Shown: one piece after another, positions 50,150 through 64,000 of the stretch
Position numbering within the stretch: position 1 is the stretch's first letter
How the letters are laid out: every line of letters starts with the position of its first letter
Assembly (NCBI RefSeq): GCF_001194135.2
Contig: NC_068987.1
Coordinates: 95,572,565 to 95,636,564, forward strand
Length of the DNA stretch: 64,000 bases
Direction: 5' to 3'
Source: Octopus bimaculoides
Lineage: Eukaryota
Notes under the pieces: generated by a model
The model's input: only the letters and a program-made list of their open reading frames with translations
Told to the model about the DNA's origin: nothing
The model's database searches: none
Made by a program: the position numbers and the translations under genes

Positions 50150-51300
50150 CCTTTGTTGCTTCGTAAATCACTAGTATACTAACCAGCCATCACAACAGCA
50201 TTATCATGTTTGTCTCGGTGGTTAACCTTTTGATTCAACTTAATCCAAAAATGACCCACAATCTTTACTGTATTTTTATGGCTCATAACGTGACGTAAAA
50301 CAAGACTCGTTTGGTTTTCATATAAAATATTGGGAATGCCATCGAATATCATGGAAAAATACTGGCTTGTTTTACTCGCTCGACGGCTTTGTTTCTTTAC
50401 TTCTTTAAGCCCAAAATTTCTATAAACTCGTTCCGACAAGTAGGTAACACAGGAAATAGTACACTTCTTTCCCAGCTTGATTCTTAGAAGATGCTCACGC
50501 AATGATGGGTCATATTTTGACAACAAATGGCCTAACTCTAAAAACATTCCTTTATTTTCCGTTGTTTCGGGTCAGTCTCATTATTAATTTCATAGTGACC
50601 TCGAAAAGCCAGATTCTATTTAACTGACAATCTAATGATGTCAAATATTCCTGAAAGAAATCTTTCCACTTCTTCATTTCAATAGCTTCTTGTTCTTTTA
50701 TTTTTTTTCCTCCATGAGCAGTCCTAATTTTGAACTCTTTCTATTGTGTACAATTCCAAACATGAGCTACACTGGATTCACGATCGAATACTCTAATTAA
50801 ACTTTTAGTGACTTCTGTATGAAAATAGTCTACAAGAAAAATAGTAAGGAGATTCCTTGGAAAAAGACTATGCCGACAATGATCTCAACAAGTTTTTTTT
50901 TGGGGGGGGGGGTTACCATTTGGCAGAGTTCCAAAAATTCTACAATCGTGTTACTTTTCTTGGTGTTCCTTGACATATCACTTTTCCAAAGTCAGAATCT
51001 AAATGTTGAAACACAGACTAACAAGATATGTATGTCAGTGTTAATTTTACTTGGCTATTGATCAACTTTTAAGTCCACGACCTGATATTTTTTCTATGTC
51101 GCGCTCTAAATCACTTGTGACTGAAGAAATATTTGAGCTGAATAATCACTTTAATTTGATGTTGGCTTTTGGAATTGGGAATTGTTTCATGTTCGATAGT
51201 CACAAATTTTCACGATTTCGACAGAGCCTCTTCACTTTTCTTTTTAATCTTATTTTTTTTCTAAAAGTAGCACTTTTTTTTTTGTTGTTATCTTCAACTG
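50150..51300 (-). mobile_element. Degenerate hAT transposase (DUF4371/ZMYM1-like region)
   Basis: LAFRGH motif, then FLELGHLLSKYDPSLREHL...YLS...YFSMIFDGIPN...QTSLVLRHV...DNAVVMAG. Confidence 0.8.
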
Positions 51301-51767
51301 AGGGCAAACTGATATAACAATGAAATAGTCTAATAATTAATTTGACGAATTTCTGATTGGGAAAAAATAATGTTGTTTCCTGTTGTTGGGTTTTAGCATT
51401 CCAATGGAGAAATATCTAGGAAAATTTTATCGTGTTAATTAACGGATGAAAGACCAAAAGTCTGTAAGTGCTATAAATGTTTAAAACTGGGCCTTAATCT
51501 CCGATCTCTAATAAAACAATTAAATAAATAAGGAATGGCAGGAAAAAGTAAATCTCTCAAACAAAACCCTAAAACTTAAGTTTGTTGAGAAAAATATTCA
51601 GCCCGCACAGTTCAAAAAATGTTACACGAACACTGAATCTCTGAGCCCAACTTCAATTATTCAAATATAACCATAATGAATTCACCATAGAAAGAAAAGA
51701 TGCTACTATAAGGTGTTTCAGTTCAAATCGTGCATTACAGTTTGGAAAACAATGGCTCATTACAAAA

Positions 51768-52148
51768 GGAGTGGCTGCGTGGTAAGTAGCTTGCTTACCA
51801 ACCACATGGTTCCGGGTTCAGTCCCACTGCGTGGCACCTTGGGCAAATGTCTTCTACTATAGCCTCGGGCCGACCAAAGCCTTGTGAGTGGATTTAGTAG
51901 ACGGAAACTGAAAGAAGCCCGTCGTATATAAGTATATATATATATGTGTGTGTTTGTGTTTGTCCCCCTAGCATTGCTTGACAAATGATGCTGGTGTGTT
52001 TATGTCCCTGTAACTTAGCGGTTCGGCAAAAGAGACCGATAGAATAAGTACTAGGCTTACAAAGAATAAGTCCCGGGGTCGATTTGCTCGACTAAAGGCA
52101 GTACTCCAGCATGGCCGCAGTCAAATGACTGAAACAAGTAAAAGAGTA
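51768..52148 (+). mobile_element. tRNA-derived SINE, family A (best-preserved copy)
   Basis: ggagtggctgcgtggtaagtagc...gggttcagtccc head, short microsatellite, and a tail ending gactgaaacaagtaaaagagta. About 15 partial copies lie elsewhere in the window. Confidence 0.92.
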
Positions 52149-52799
52149 TAACAATGATTTTAAATGCAATATTCATGGGAGCAAATTCTAAGATAACTTC
52201 ACAGTACCGAGAAGATGAACCTGTGACTGCTTATTCCGAAGAGTTTTAGAATTCGCTTCGTGATTGGCAGTTTGCCCTTACTGTCATAGGGACAGTATTT
52301 TGCTTCAATTTGTTAACGTATTTCCCCTCGAATCCCTTCTTGACCTAATCTTAGGATTATAATCCTTTCTCCTTATAAGCACAAAGCCTGAAATTTTGTG
52401 AGGAGGGGAATAGTCGATTACATCGATCCTGCAGCAAAACTGGTACTTATTTTACTGACTCCGAAAGGATGAAAGACAAAGTTAACCACAGCAGAATTTG
52501 GACTCAGAACTAGAATGGACGAGATACCGCTATGTATTTTGCCCGGTGTGCTAATGATTCTACCAGCTCGGCACCTTCCTTGGATTATAATCGTCATTTC
52601 CCTGCTAATACCATCATGTTGGTTCCTATATTGGTTATTTATAAATATTCATGGTATAGTTTACATACATACATGATGATGGCCGTCCACTCGTGGCCGA
52701 GGAAGACCATTGCCGACCTTCGGGAACATTGTGCGCTCTAGGACTAACTTATATTTTGCATTTGCGGCTCCGTTGGTGGCTACATACATACATACATAC

Positions 52800-53760
52800 A
52801 TACATAAGAAAGAGACCAGTAACTATTTTACCAAGTTTGTGACCATGAAATCAACAATATAATTAGGATAGTTAATGAACTTGAACGGAGGCCTGAAATA
52901 AGAGCTCATTCAGATCTTTCCTCGAGGAGAATTGGTAATATCAATGTACCAGAACAACAGAATTAAAAAATGGACCAGTTCACTGAAAAGATAGTACATG
53001 GATACTTGGCACGTAAAACACTAACCATAGAATTGATTGATCATGTAAAAAGCTCGGCATGGAGTACCTAAAAGTTTATGACATACCCCTTCGAAGGTTA
53101 CATCGATACAACCCAGGAACAAGAGAACCCACCAAGTACTTAATGCATAAAAGACAGTAAACACTGACACATAACAAATGTAGGCTGTGCAAGAACAAGA
53201 TTGAAGATTTCAAGCACATTATTGCCAACTGTGAGAGAATGTCTTCCAGATATTTTCCTATGAGACATGATGCGGTGGCAGAACAGTCTGCTGCAGGATA
53301 ATATAAAAGAAAACACCTACAGACAAAAGTTGATGCGTCAAAAGAATATTAGTGAAACTTAAAAATTAAAACAGCCACCAAGTAAAAACACAACCCGATA
53401 GATATTGTCATGTTGGACCACAAAAAAAATATATGTTCTGCTGTGGAAATCAGCTGCCTCCTGGGCACCAATGTGGTTCGAAAAATACAAGAGAAAGAGG
53501 ACATCTATGGACCATTGGTAAGAAGTTTGCAAATGCGGTACCTAAGATACACTTTCAGCTTCATACCTGTTATTCCTGGAGTAACAAGGTACATACCAAC
53601 CCGTCTGGAGCAAAGAATGGCTGAGCTTGGGATCTTGGGGAGAGAACGCAAACTCTTAATCTACACGCTACAAATGATCACGATATCTGGGACTATAATA
53701 ATCTGCAAGACCATTTACAGATGATTTCCTTTACAACCTTACTTCCAAGTAGACAGCTGG
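52800..53760 (+). mobile_element. Third RLE LINE family 3' fragment (CCHC plus endonuclease)
   Basis: CRLCKNKIEDFKHIIANCERMS...RHDAVA...AVEISC...KIQEKEDIYGPLVRSLQMRY..YTFSFIPVIPG. Confidence 0.75.
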
Positions 53761-55637
53761 TCAAAATTTACCCTAAATTAAGAAAGAGAAAGAAGCATGC
53801 ACACACAGACGCACATACAGGCACATACACACATAGTATGTAGCTATTGTGTCCATTCTTTGACATGCTGGTCTCTCCACACAGCGCTGGCACAACGTGA
53901 AATGAAGTTTTTTGCTCAAGACCACAATACGCTGCGCGGTTCGGAAATCGAACCCACGATCTAGAGATGGTGAGTGTAACAGGTTAACCACTAGGGCACG
54001 CAGTTTCATGAACGTAATGAGCTGGAAGGAATGCTGCTCAGAATTTTGTCCGTCCAAAAAAAAAAACATGATAATTATAACAACTGAATCAGTTGCATCT
54101 TACAGGATATACTTCAGCAGCAGCATGTGTTCACAAAATCTCTCCAACTCTCAGTTCTATCAACTCAGGTGTTTGTTTAGAACGCAGTTATCGCCGTCTG
54201 ACTCTCAGCTTTCACAGCATCAATGTTCTAATTGATAAATTTCGTAAGAATAAGATAATTAATTTCATGTGCCGCGTGTGAAAGGTACTGGATTCTAACG
54301 CTCTTCGAAAGGTCTTATTAACGTTTCAGGAAGCAAATCTCATTGATTATCAACTCAACATTTCGCTCCACCCGACACACACACACATATACATTCGTAC
54401 TTCTTTGCTGATAATCTGATAACATCTCCACTGCTTCCTCTCTCTTTCTCTCTCTCTCTTTATTTGCAACTTCAACCTCAGCAACATCTGTCAAGCCTAC
54501 GCATTTTGTCATGAATGAAGAAAAAACTCTAAAAAATATATATTGTAATGGGAAACTTAATAACCGAGTTACATTCACCCAGCAGCAAACATGAACACGG
54601 AGCACGGCAAGACAAAATAAACTTGCTTCCACTTTTTATAGGCAGTTCAAAAAATCATACCTATCCACATGTTACGTATACGTTATATATATATATAAAT
54701 ATATATGTATATGTGTGTGTGTGCATGGATATATGTATGTGCATGTATATATATATATANNNNNNNNNNNNNNNNNNNNNNNNNNNNNNNNNNNNNNNNN
54801 NNNNNNNNNNNNNNNNNNNNNNNNNNNNNNNNNNNNNNNNNNNNNNNNNNNNNNNNNNNNNNNNNNNNNNNNNNNNNNNNNNNNNNNNNNNNNNNNNNNN
54901 NNNNNNNNNNNNNNNNNNNNNNNNNNNNNNNNNNNNNNNNNNNNNNNNNNNNNNNNNNNNNNNNNNNNNNNNNNNNNNNNNNNNNNNNNNNNNNNNNNNN
55001 NNNNNNNNNNNNNNNNNNNNNNNNNNNNNNNNNNNNNNNNNNNNNNNNNNNNNNNNNNNNNNNNNNNNNNNNNNNNNNNNNNNNNNNNNNNNNNNNNNNN
55101 NNNNNNNNNNNNNNNNNNNNNATATATATATATATATATATATGTTTGTATGTCTGTGTTTGACAACCAGTGTTGGTGTATTTACGTCCCCTTAACTTAG
55201 CGGTTCGGCAAAAAAGGTCGATACAATAAGTACTAGGATTACAAAGAATAAGTCCTGGGGGTCGATTTGTTCGACTAAAGAAGGTGCTCCAGCATAGCCG
55301 CAGTTTACTGGCTGAAACAAGAATGAAAGAATAAAAGAATATATATATATATATATATATATACATACATACACATACATACGTATGTAGGCACGTGTTG
55401 TGTATGTTAAACATACAAATGTGTTTATTATGTGTGTGAGTTAATAAGTGTGTGTGTGTGTGTGAATGCATATACAACATGTATGCACAAACACACACAC
55501 AAGAATGCACTACTGTTTACTTCACAGAAATTAACATTTTAAAGACTTTACCCTCTTCCAGTATAAAGTTGTATATAAGCAGCTTTTTGTTTTTATATTG
55601 TAATATAAACACAGGCTGATATAGATACACACACGTG

Positions 55638-55681
<44 letters not shown>

Positions 55682-56334
55682 TACACACACAAACACATAA
55701 ATATATTTAGATAGATAGATACATACATACATACATACATACATACATAATTGGCAAAAGTTACAAAGTGATTGTATACACACACACACACACTTGTGAA
55801 GACATACTAATACTAAAGGTAAGAAGTTCGCTTTGCAACCGTTAGATCACGTATTCAATCACTTNNNNNNNNNNNNNNNNNNNNNNNNNNNNNNNNNNNN
55901 NNNNNNNNNNNNNNNNNNNNNNNNNNNNNNNNNNNNNNNNNNNNNNNNNNNNNNNNNNNNNNNNNNNNNNNNNNNNNNNNNNNNNNNNNNNNNNNNNNNN
56001 NNNNNNNNNNNNNNNNNNNNNNNNNNNNNNNNNNNNNNNNNNNNNNNNNNNNNNNNNNNNNNNNNNNNNNNNNNNNNNNNNNNNNNNNNNNNNNNNNNNN
56101 NNNNNNNNNNNNNNNNNNNNNNNNNNNNNNNNNNNNNNNNNNNNNNNNNNNTGTATATAAAGTTATTTTAGTAACTTACATACATCGTGTTTATTCATCT
56201 AAAAGTGAAGATGTAGTTTGCTTAAGTTACGAAGTGTTTGGTTAAACTGTAAAAATAAATAAACTTGAAAGTCTGATGAAAGTAACATTGTTTTGTTTTA
56301 TTTCTTTTAATTGGGGGAAGTATAAATGAAATAA

Positions 56335-56860
56335 AAATAACGCCACTCAACAGCGGTAAAAGTACAATGTTGCCTTCAGGTGAAAAAAAACTGCGAGAAG
56401 TATATAATAAATAAAGGTATATCAGTAAGTTAGTGTGTGCGAGAAAGCGAGCGTAGAAATACACACTGTTAGGACGACTAGACAGACTTGATGTATTCCA
56501 CATACACACGTTACTGATTTTATAGACACATAGCGCACACCTACATACCTAGGTAAATAGAGGTATACATTCGCTACGTGCGATCTGTAAAAACTACGTA
56601 TACACTACGACTTAGCACAGAAAGTAGGCCAGTCTGGGACAGTGGTGGGTGCCCCTTGTGAGAGAAATAGCGAGCGAGCGCGCGAGAAAGAGTGGGGTAA
56701 AAGTGGAGAGCCATCACGGGGGGTTGACATATTCAAGGTGTAAGAGAGGACGGCACAGAAAACGGAAGAAGGATTACTAACATTGAGCAAAGTTGGCTTT
56801 GAGAAAATAATATTACAGCTCATCAGCAGGCAAGCCCGCCACTGAGCTACTGTTATTATA
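56335..56860. promoter_or_regulatory. CpG-rich putative promoter / first-exon region of a second gene
   Basis: About 23 CpG in about 520 bp by hand count, a GA-rich tract, and a candidate + strand donor TCA|gtaagt near 56424. It borders a strongly CpG-depleted region. Confidence 0.4.
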
Positions 56861-57716
56861 TTTATACATATTTATATAAATTTAAATTATTTTAAAGACT
56901 TCTTATTTTACGTTGTTGTTAAAACTTTCAAATCCAGTGGACGGATTAATATCATATNNNNNNNNNNNNNNNNNNNNNNNNNNNNNNNNNNNNNNNNNNN
57001 NNNNNNNNNNNNNNNNNNNNNNNNNNNNNNNNNNNNNNNNNNNNNNNNNNNNNNNNNNNNNNNNNNNNNNNNNNNNNNNNNNNNNNNNNNNNNNNNNNNN
57101 NNNNNNNNNNNNNNNNNNNNNNNNNNNNNNNNNNNNNNNNNNNNNNNNNNNNNNNNNNNNNNNNNNNNNNNNNNNNNNNNNNNNNNNNNNNNNNNNNNNN
57201 NNNNNNNNNNNNNNNNNNNNNNNNNNNNNNNNNNNNNNNNNNNNNNNNNNNNNNNNNNNNNNNNNNNNNNNNNNNNNNNNNNNNNNNNNNNNNNNNNNNN
57301 NNNNNGTTAAAACTAACAAAGTTAATTATCAATGTGTTTTTAAAATACCTAGCCTTGTGTAAATGAATACGTTAATACCTGCTTTTGAATAAATCAAAAC
57401 AAACTGTTGATAGCAATTATATGTTTTAACATTGTTAACGATGACAATGAAATATTTAACAATTGTTAAATATTTTAAAATACATTTCAATGTAGCATTC
57501 TTGAAAGAAATATCTACATACATACATACATACAGAAAAGATATTTTGAATATTTAAAATTTTAAATTTCACAAGTTCATTTCTTCACTTTCTCATGCAA
57601 CCTGAGTTGTGTGTGTGTGTGTGTGTGTGTATTTCCAAACAGTCGTTTCTTCAGTTTGCTCATCCAACAAATAATGCTATACAAATAAACGCACTCATCA
57701 AACCTTAATGCAAAAG

Positions 57717-57756
<40 letters not shown>

Positions 57757-58527
57757 CTACATGATTATATAACTGACCACTATGTACTAAATGTTTTTGG
57801 AGCCCTCAAAATAAAGTTTGTATTTAAAAAAATAGCCCCTTGTGTGTGTGTGTGTGTGTGTTGTATATTCATCTATCTACCTTTGTATGTTTGCTGTATG
57901 TTGACAACATTTCGAGCAGCATTCTATACAATGATCTTCAGGCATGTTCCTTGGCTAAGCTAGATACTGAACCTGTATCTTTTATCTCTCATTGAATTGG
58001 CTGTTCTAATCACAAGACTATTTCTCTTGCTGGAAAATAGTACGGCCCCTACTAAAGAGGGAGTTAATCATTAATCTGAAGCATTTCTTTCCATGATTTT
58101 TTTATGTGCCGGGCACATTCTGTTCAATAGTGTCTTAGATGACATACATTCAATAGATGAGTAATTCGATTTCTCTTTGTTTTCGTTATAGTGGATGTGT
58201 TGCTTTCATAATTTTTGTTCAGGTTTTCTCTACAAAAACTTCGGTTGATGGCCTGAGCCCAGAACCAATTGTATCACATTTTGATTAAAATTCCACATGA
58301 GTATCATTGTATTTACTTTTTTGTTTCACCATTCCAAAGTGGATAAAATAAGATCTCAATTTACAAATTCAGGTATTCCAAAATTGACTATAGGGTCAGA
58401 AGGAGCACCTTTGTATGTACAACATTCATTTATTGAAACTGGTTCCAAAATATATATGTCGTACCGTGTGATATATTTTTTGTAAGATGTATGATATAAA
58501 CATCGGCGATCTTTCTAAACATCAATG

Positions 58528-58558
<31 letters not shown>

Positions 58559-59079
58559 CGCATTATTTGAACGTTATCTGCTGATTTATTTACATGATAT
58601 ACATATATCTCATACACATACACGCATACATACATACATATGTGTATGTGTGATGTATATGTGATATATGCATACATATATGTGTGTGTGTGTGTGTGTG
58701 TACACATATAACGACGATCTTAATGGTTATAAACTATCATGGTTCATTTTCAATCTTTCGTGGAAATCCTGTCGGGCCGTTATAAAATACTTTACATGGA
58801 AACGAGTGAGGATTAGTGAGAGGAAGGGCATCTCTATAGTAAAATCTGCCTCAATGAATTCCGTCTGACCCATGCTACCATAAAAAAGTGAACAGTAAAA
58901 TGATGAGGAGGATTACGATGATTGTGTGTGTCATTGTCATCAGTTCACATTCACTTTCCATGCTTGGATGTGTTGGACAAGTCATCATAGTTTGAATCAG
59001 TTCCTATTCAGTATTATTGCCTTTCTAGACGGGTCACAGGACCATGTCTCACATGTCTGTTTTATTATTGGTCAGATGC

Positions 59080-59400
59080 CCTTCCATACATAAGCCCTTT
59101 GATCCCTATGGATTATGGGCCATCGACAAATCTCCTCCACTGTACTTGTCTCTGGGCTGTCTTTTCCACTTCTCTCCTGTAGGATCCCCAGTTTTTTCAT
59201 TGTCTGTCTCAGTAACCTGTCTTCAGCCAATTTTAGGGCATCCTCTTTTCTGCATCTCTTGTGGATTCCAGAAGGGGAATTGCTTTCGCAGCTTCCTTTT
59301 GAATTTTGCAGCACAGCATCGTATTTCCCTGAAGGAAAGCCTTCCTCTTACAGATCCTGTTTGTTTTAAATTGTCATAGATGCTTATTTAACTTAACTAT
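59080..59400 (-). mobile_element. Decayed RTE-like 3' fragment
   Basis: Minus frame reads LKLAEDR, followed by an RTE-like terminal sequence. Confidence 0.4.
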
Positions 59401-60372
59401 AGTTTTCTCTTTTGCCCTTCTTATTACCAACTATTTTACAGAGTGTACTTGGTTTATTTTATCTTGGCACTAGACTGAAATGGTTGTCATGTTCCTCAAA
59501 AGACCATTGACTCTGCTGGTCCTTTCTTTGTCTCCATTCATTTGCCTGTTACTTTACAGAATATACTGGGTGTATTTTATCATGGTGCTAACCAGTGGTG
59601 TCTTAAGATCCATAGGCATATGAGACAGTTGTCCAGAGGCCGCACAGGTCTAGTGACCCAGTTCTGATCTATGTATAGCTGTGGCTTGCCATTAGTAAAT
59701 AAAATCTATAGGGCCCAATGCCTTGATTTGCCTGGGGAGGGGCTAGAAACTAATGACTACTTATTGAGAGCCACCAGGGTATTTCAGAGAATCTATACAT
59801 GTGCTCTTAGTGCTTTTGTTTCAAAATTATGTTCAAAATGTGTTTGTGTAGATATTTAGGTTCCATGCCTTTATATGAAATCTCTTGAAATAAAATGGTA
59901 ACTTTAAATCAACAGTTGCTGTTAATAATCATCTGGCAGTTCTGCACTTTAGAAGGCATGTGGAATAAAAAAAAGAATCCCTTATTTGTAAAACAGATAA
60001 GGGTTAATGACAGTACGGTTGTCTGACTGTAAAGTAATTCCTCAATAACAAGTATTCATCCAACCCATGCTAGCATAGAAATACCAATGTAATGTATTAC
60101 AGAATACAACTATAGGTTTTAATCCAACACTGTGAGTGTTGAACATGTGTACATACCTCATCTCTATACACAGTATATTCATGAACATTAAATGAAGGAT
60201 CACTCAGGTTAGTTCAACTCTTATATTGTGATTTCATCAACAGAGACACTGCTTATCAGTACGTATGAGATGTTTTGGTACAGCTGTTTTGGCACCACCT
60301 ATTTGGTATCACTGATTTGTCACTGAACAAATTGACATCAGATGTTTTAATGTTTCTGTAATTCTCTCCCCT

Positions 60373-60429
<57 letters not shown>

Positions 60430-60480
60430 NNNNNNNNNNNNNNNNNNNNNNNNNNNNNNNNNNNNNNNNNNNNNNNNNNN

Positions 60481-60522
<42 letters not shown>

Positions 60523-61534
60523 GAAAAAATGTTTGTGTCAATTGTGTTCAGTTAATAAATTGTAAACTCTCTTCCTCTCTCCCTCTATGAATATATATGT
60601 GCATATGCATGCACATGTGTGTGTTTGTGTGTTGGCCCCCAGTGCCAGAAAGTACTGTTACCAAAACAGGTTCAATGTCCAGTCAGCCATGCCAAATTGC
60701 CAGTATCCAAACAGCTTCACCCAATCATTTCATTCTATTATAAGCCACTTTTTGTTTCTCTGAGGTTTAAGTAAATCAGATGAAAATGCATAAATGATTC
60801 AGTCTTCATAAGTAGTTCAATTAATAAATCAGTGGAGTGTTATCTCTTTCTGTCCACAAGATATTTGTCTGTTACATATAGTGTATGCTAAAATGTATAG
60901 ATTTAGTCTGTAGTGCCGAATGCCATTATGTTAGAGGTGCACATATCTGTGGAATTCACAGCTACTTATCCTGTAATTCAATTCTTACAGTTAACCGCTC
61001 CTGTGCATCTACAACATACAAAATTCTTCTCACCCTGTAAGCCTACATGTAATTCCACTGCATCATTTTTGCTCCTATAGTTTACATTGGGTATGCATAA
61101 GGCATTCCTAACTACACACTCCTTTTGTACATATTGAACATGATCACTTCCCAGATTAAGCAGTAGAATTCTGTCTTTTTTACCTGCCAACTATAATTTA
61201 TACATTGTACACTGATAAGCACAGACATAGCTGTGTGGTTAAGAAGTTTGCTTCAAAACTACATGATTACAGGTTCAGTCTTACAGCATAAACATTGTCA
61301 TGCTGTACTACAGCCATGAGTAGGTCAACCAATACCTTACGAGTGAAATTGATAAATGGAAATTGAAGAAACTTGTTGCATGTGTGTTAATGAGTGAATT
61401 CATATTTCCCTGTCTTCATGCGTGTTTGCTGACTGTAAATGACAATACAAGTTCTATCCTTCGCATGCAGTCAACTGTGTAACTATGTCAAAATTATTCA
61501 CTTTTGATAGACTTAATGATTATTACTTTGCTTG

Positions 61535-61650
61535 CAGACAGGTGAGGGTTGGTGACAGGAAGGGTATCTGACTATAGAAAATTTATTTCAGCCAATTCCA
61601 TCTGACCCATCAAAAAATGGATGAAGATAATGATGATGTTGATGATGATA
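61535..61650 (+). mobile_element. SINE family D fragment, CpG-decayed
   Basis: gagggttggtgacaggaagggtatc...ccatctgaccc...(GAT)n. Related pieces lie near 58800-58985, 60040-60100 and 62165-62290. Confidence 0.6.
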
Positions 61651-62479
61651 TATTTGAACTCGTGTTTTCATCTTTATTCACATTATATGTCCATACCAGA
61701 TCAGACACAAGCATGTTGAGGACATATTTTCATGTAGTCAAACCTATTGGTATATAATAATGCTAATTTCTCATCTGCTCATAAATTTAGGTGAAAATGA
61801 TCAGGCTCATATAAACCTGACATGAATGTAAGGACTGAGATGATTAGGAAAGCTCTGCCTAAAACTGACACAAATGTTGAATTATCTAACATCATTCAAC
61901 TGATGCAGATATTTGAAGTTAATTTCACCCAGTTTAACTGTCAAATCACAAGTTAGATGCAGTATATCACAAAAAGTGGTGGGAAAAGCAGAGAACATTT
62001 TTTTTTTTTAAGGAGAGGATCCATCATAAACTGTTGAATGAAATATCAGTTACACAATGAATGCCTCAACTAGAAAAAAAAATCATTGCTATACTGAATA
62101 ACATTAGACATCATCATTGTCATCATCATCATCATCATCGTCATCGTCATCATCTTCGTCATCAACATCATCATCATCATCATTTTGAAGTGCTTTTCCA
62201 TGCTTGCATAAGTCAGAAGAGAATACAGAGTTTTGGGGATAGTTGGATGCTCTTCCTGGAACCAACCTTTACCTGTTTCCAGGTGAACAATGAACAGGCT
62301 GGACATGATTATGCAGAGAACTGGAAACAAATAACACCATTTAAATGAACCTTTTGTTTTACAGATTTTGCACAACATCTTAAGACATGTCAAAAACCCA
62401 GACATACTTTCAATACAGACTCCAAACAAACAACACTATCTGTTTCAACAGTGATGTTTTTGTTCACACATATATACAT

Positions 62480-62700
62480 ATATATTTATTCATGCATATA
62501 TATATCACCTCCTCTTCCGGTCTTTTCACAATGTAACCTCGTGGGCATCGGTACCATTTTCCTCTTTCTCCGTTCTTCCATTCTCCGAACTTTCCATCTT
62601 TCCGACGAAGGGCTACGCCCGAAACGTCATACACTCTCTCTTTCCATTCCTGAGCGTCCAATAATACTATCCGTATCACGTCCTCACTTTGTTGTTTTTT
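62480..62700 (+). mobile_element. Penelope-like terminal repeat fragment with a degenerate hammerhead motif
   Basis: CCGACGA A GGGC tac GCCC GAAACGTC at 62602-62628. Confidence 0.5.
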
Positions 62701-64000
62701 TTTTGTTATTGTTTTTTTGAACTTATATATATATATATATATATATTATTATTATTAAAAAATATGGCAAAAAATCATATATTAATTAATATTGATTAAT
62801 TACCAGGAAGCTAGCACATTTAAAGANNNNNNNNNNNNNNNNNNNNNNNNNNNNNNNNNNNNNNNNNNNNNNNNNNNNNNNNNNNNNNNNNNNNNNNNNN
62901 NNNNNNNNNNNNNNNNNNNNNNNNNNNNNNNNNNNNNNNNNNNNNNNNNNNNNNNNNNNNNNNNNNNNNNNNNNNNNNNNNNNNNNNNNNNNNNNNNNNN
63001 NNNNNNNNNNNNNNNNNNNNNNNNNNNNNNNNNNNNNNNNNNNNNNNNNNNNNNNNNNNNNNNNNNNNNNNNNNNNNNNNNNNNNNNNNNNNNNNNNNNN
63101 NNNNNNNNNNNNNNNNNNNNNNNNNNNNNNNNNNNNNNNNNNNNNNNNNNNNNNNNNNNNNNNNNNNNNNNNNNNNNNNNNNNNNNNNNNNNNNNNNNNN
63201 NNNNNNNNNNNNNNNNNNNNNNNNNNNNNNNNNNNNNNNNNNNNNNNNNNNNNNNNNNNNNNNNNNNNNNNNNNNNNNNNNNNNNNNNNNNNNNNNNNNN
63301 NNNNNNNNNNNNNNNNNNNNNNNNNNNNNNNNNNNNNNNNNNNNNNNNNNNNTAGGATTGCCTCAATCCTTCAGGGTTAGTCTGAAGCATCCAGGCAACC
63401 AGGGGATGTTTAAATCCGGAGGCACTCCTGGGAATCACCTGTGCGGGTACCGTCTTGGTTAGAGGGCATCCAGAGGCAGGTAATTTACTGTTTAAACCAT
63501 AGTTTATAATTATATATACTTCTTACAGTTTCCATCTACCAAATCCACTCACAAGGCTTTGGTCGGCCCAAGGTTATAGTAGAAGACACTTGCTCAAGGT
63601 GCCATATGCAGTGGGACTGAACCCAGAACTATGTGGTTGGGAAGCAAGCTTCTTACCACACAGCCACTCATATATATATATGTATGTATACATATATATA
63701 AGATTTTGCTTGAGCATGGTGATACTAATAACCTGCTGTTAGAACTCAATATACAAATGCTTCAGAAAAAAGCATTGATTGAGTACAGAGCATATGAAAT
63801 TAGATATATGACAAGGAAACAGGAATCACATAATTGATTTCATTAGCTTACAGCTGTTTCCTATATACAATGCAGTGCACTCAAATCTGAGTGCTTGCAC
63901 ATCACCTTATAGCAGAAACAACTGTAAGATAACAAAATTGACTATATACTTCCTGCTCCCTTGTCATTTATCTAATTCCATATATATATATATATATATA

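Noticed and set aside
56605-56823. 72-aa minus-strand ORF in the CpG-rich patch
   Set aside because: It has no recognisable motif or convincing splice context, and higher GC makes open frames more likely by chance.
58120-58260. HSIDE...W.C....SGFLY, resembling a piggyBac catalytic region
   Set aside because: The spacing and intervening residues do not fit, there are several stops, and no TTAA or TIR was seen.

Overview
AT-rich, microsatellite- and SINE-saturated animal genomic DNA from a gapped draft assembly. The repeat landscape suggests a coleoid cephalopod, probably Octopus (inference). The main feature is a + strand gene that I assembled by hand from 7 exons (11091-33772), all with canonical AG/GT sites and compatible phases. 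It encodes about 511 aa: CCP/sushi, CCP/sushi, MAM, Ser/Thr-rich stalk, transmembrane helix and a short tail. This is the class C scavenger receptor layout (Drosophila SR-CI type). The signal-peptide exon was not found. The rest is mostly decayed mobile DNA: several tRNA-derived SINE families; RTE, CR1, R4/Dong-like and HERO-like LINE fragments; Penelope-like elements; Tc1/mariner, hAT and MITEs. Other highlights are a tRNA-headed non-autonomous element carrying a minimal hammerhead ribozyme motif, an RTE 3' end with three C2H2 fingers, a mariner in the receptor's probable 3' UTR, and a CpG-rich patch at about 56.3-56.9 kb next to a CpG-depleted region that may be the methylated body of a second gene. 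Nearly all ORFs in the supplied track are artefacts of microsatellites or N gaps.
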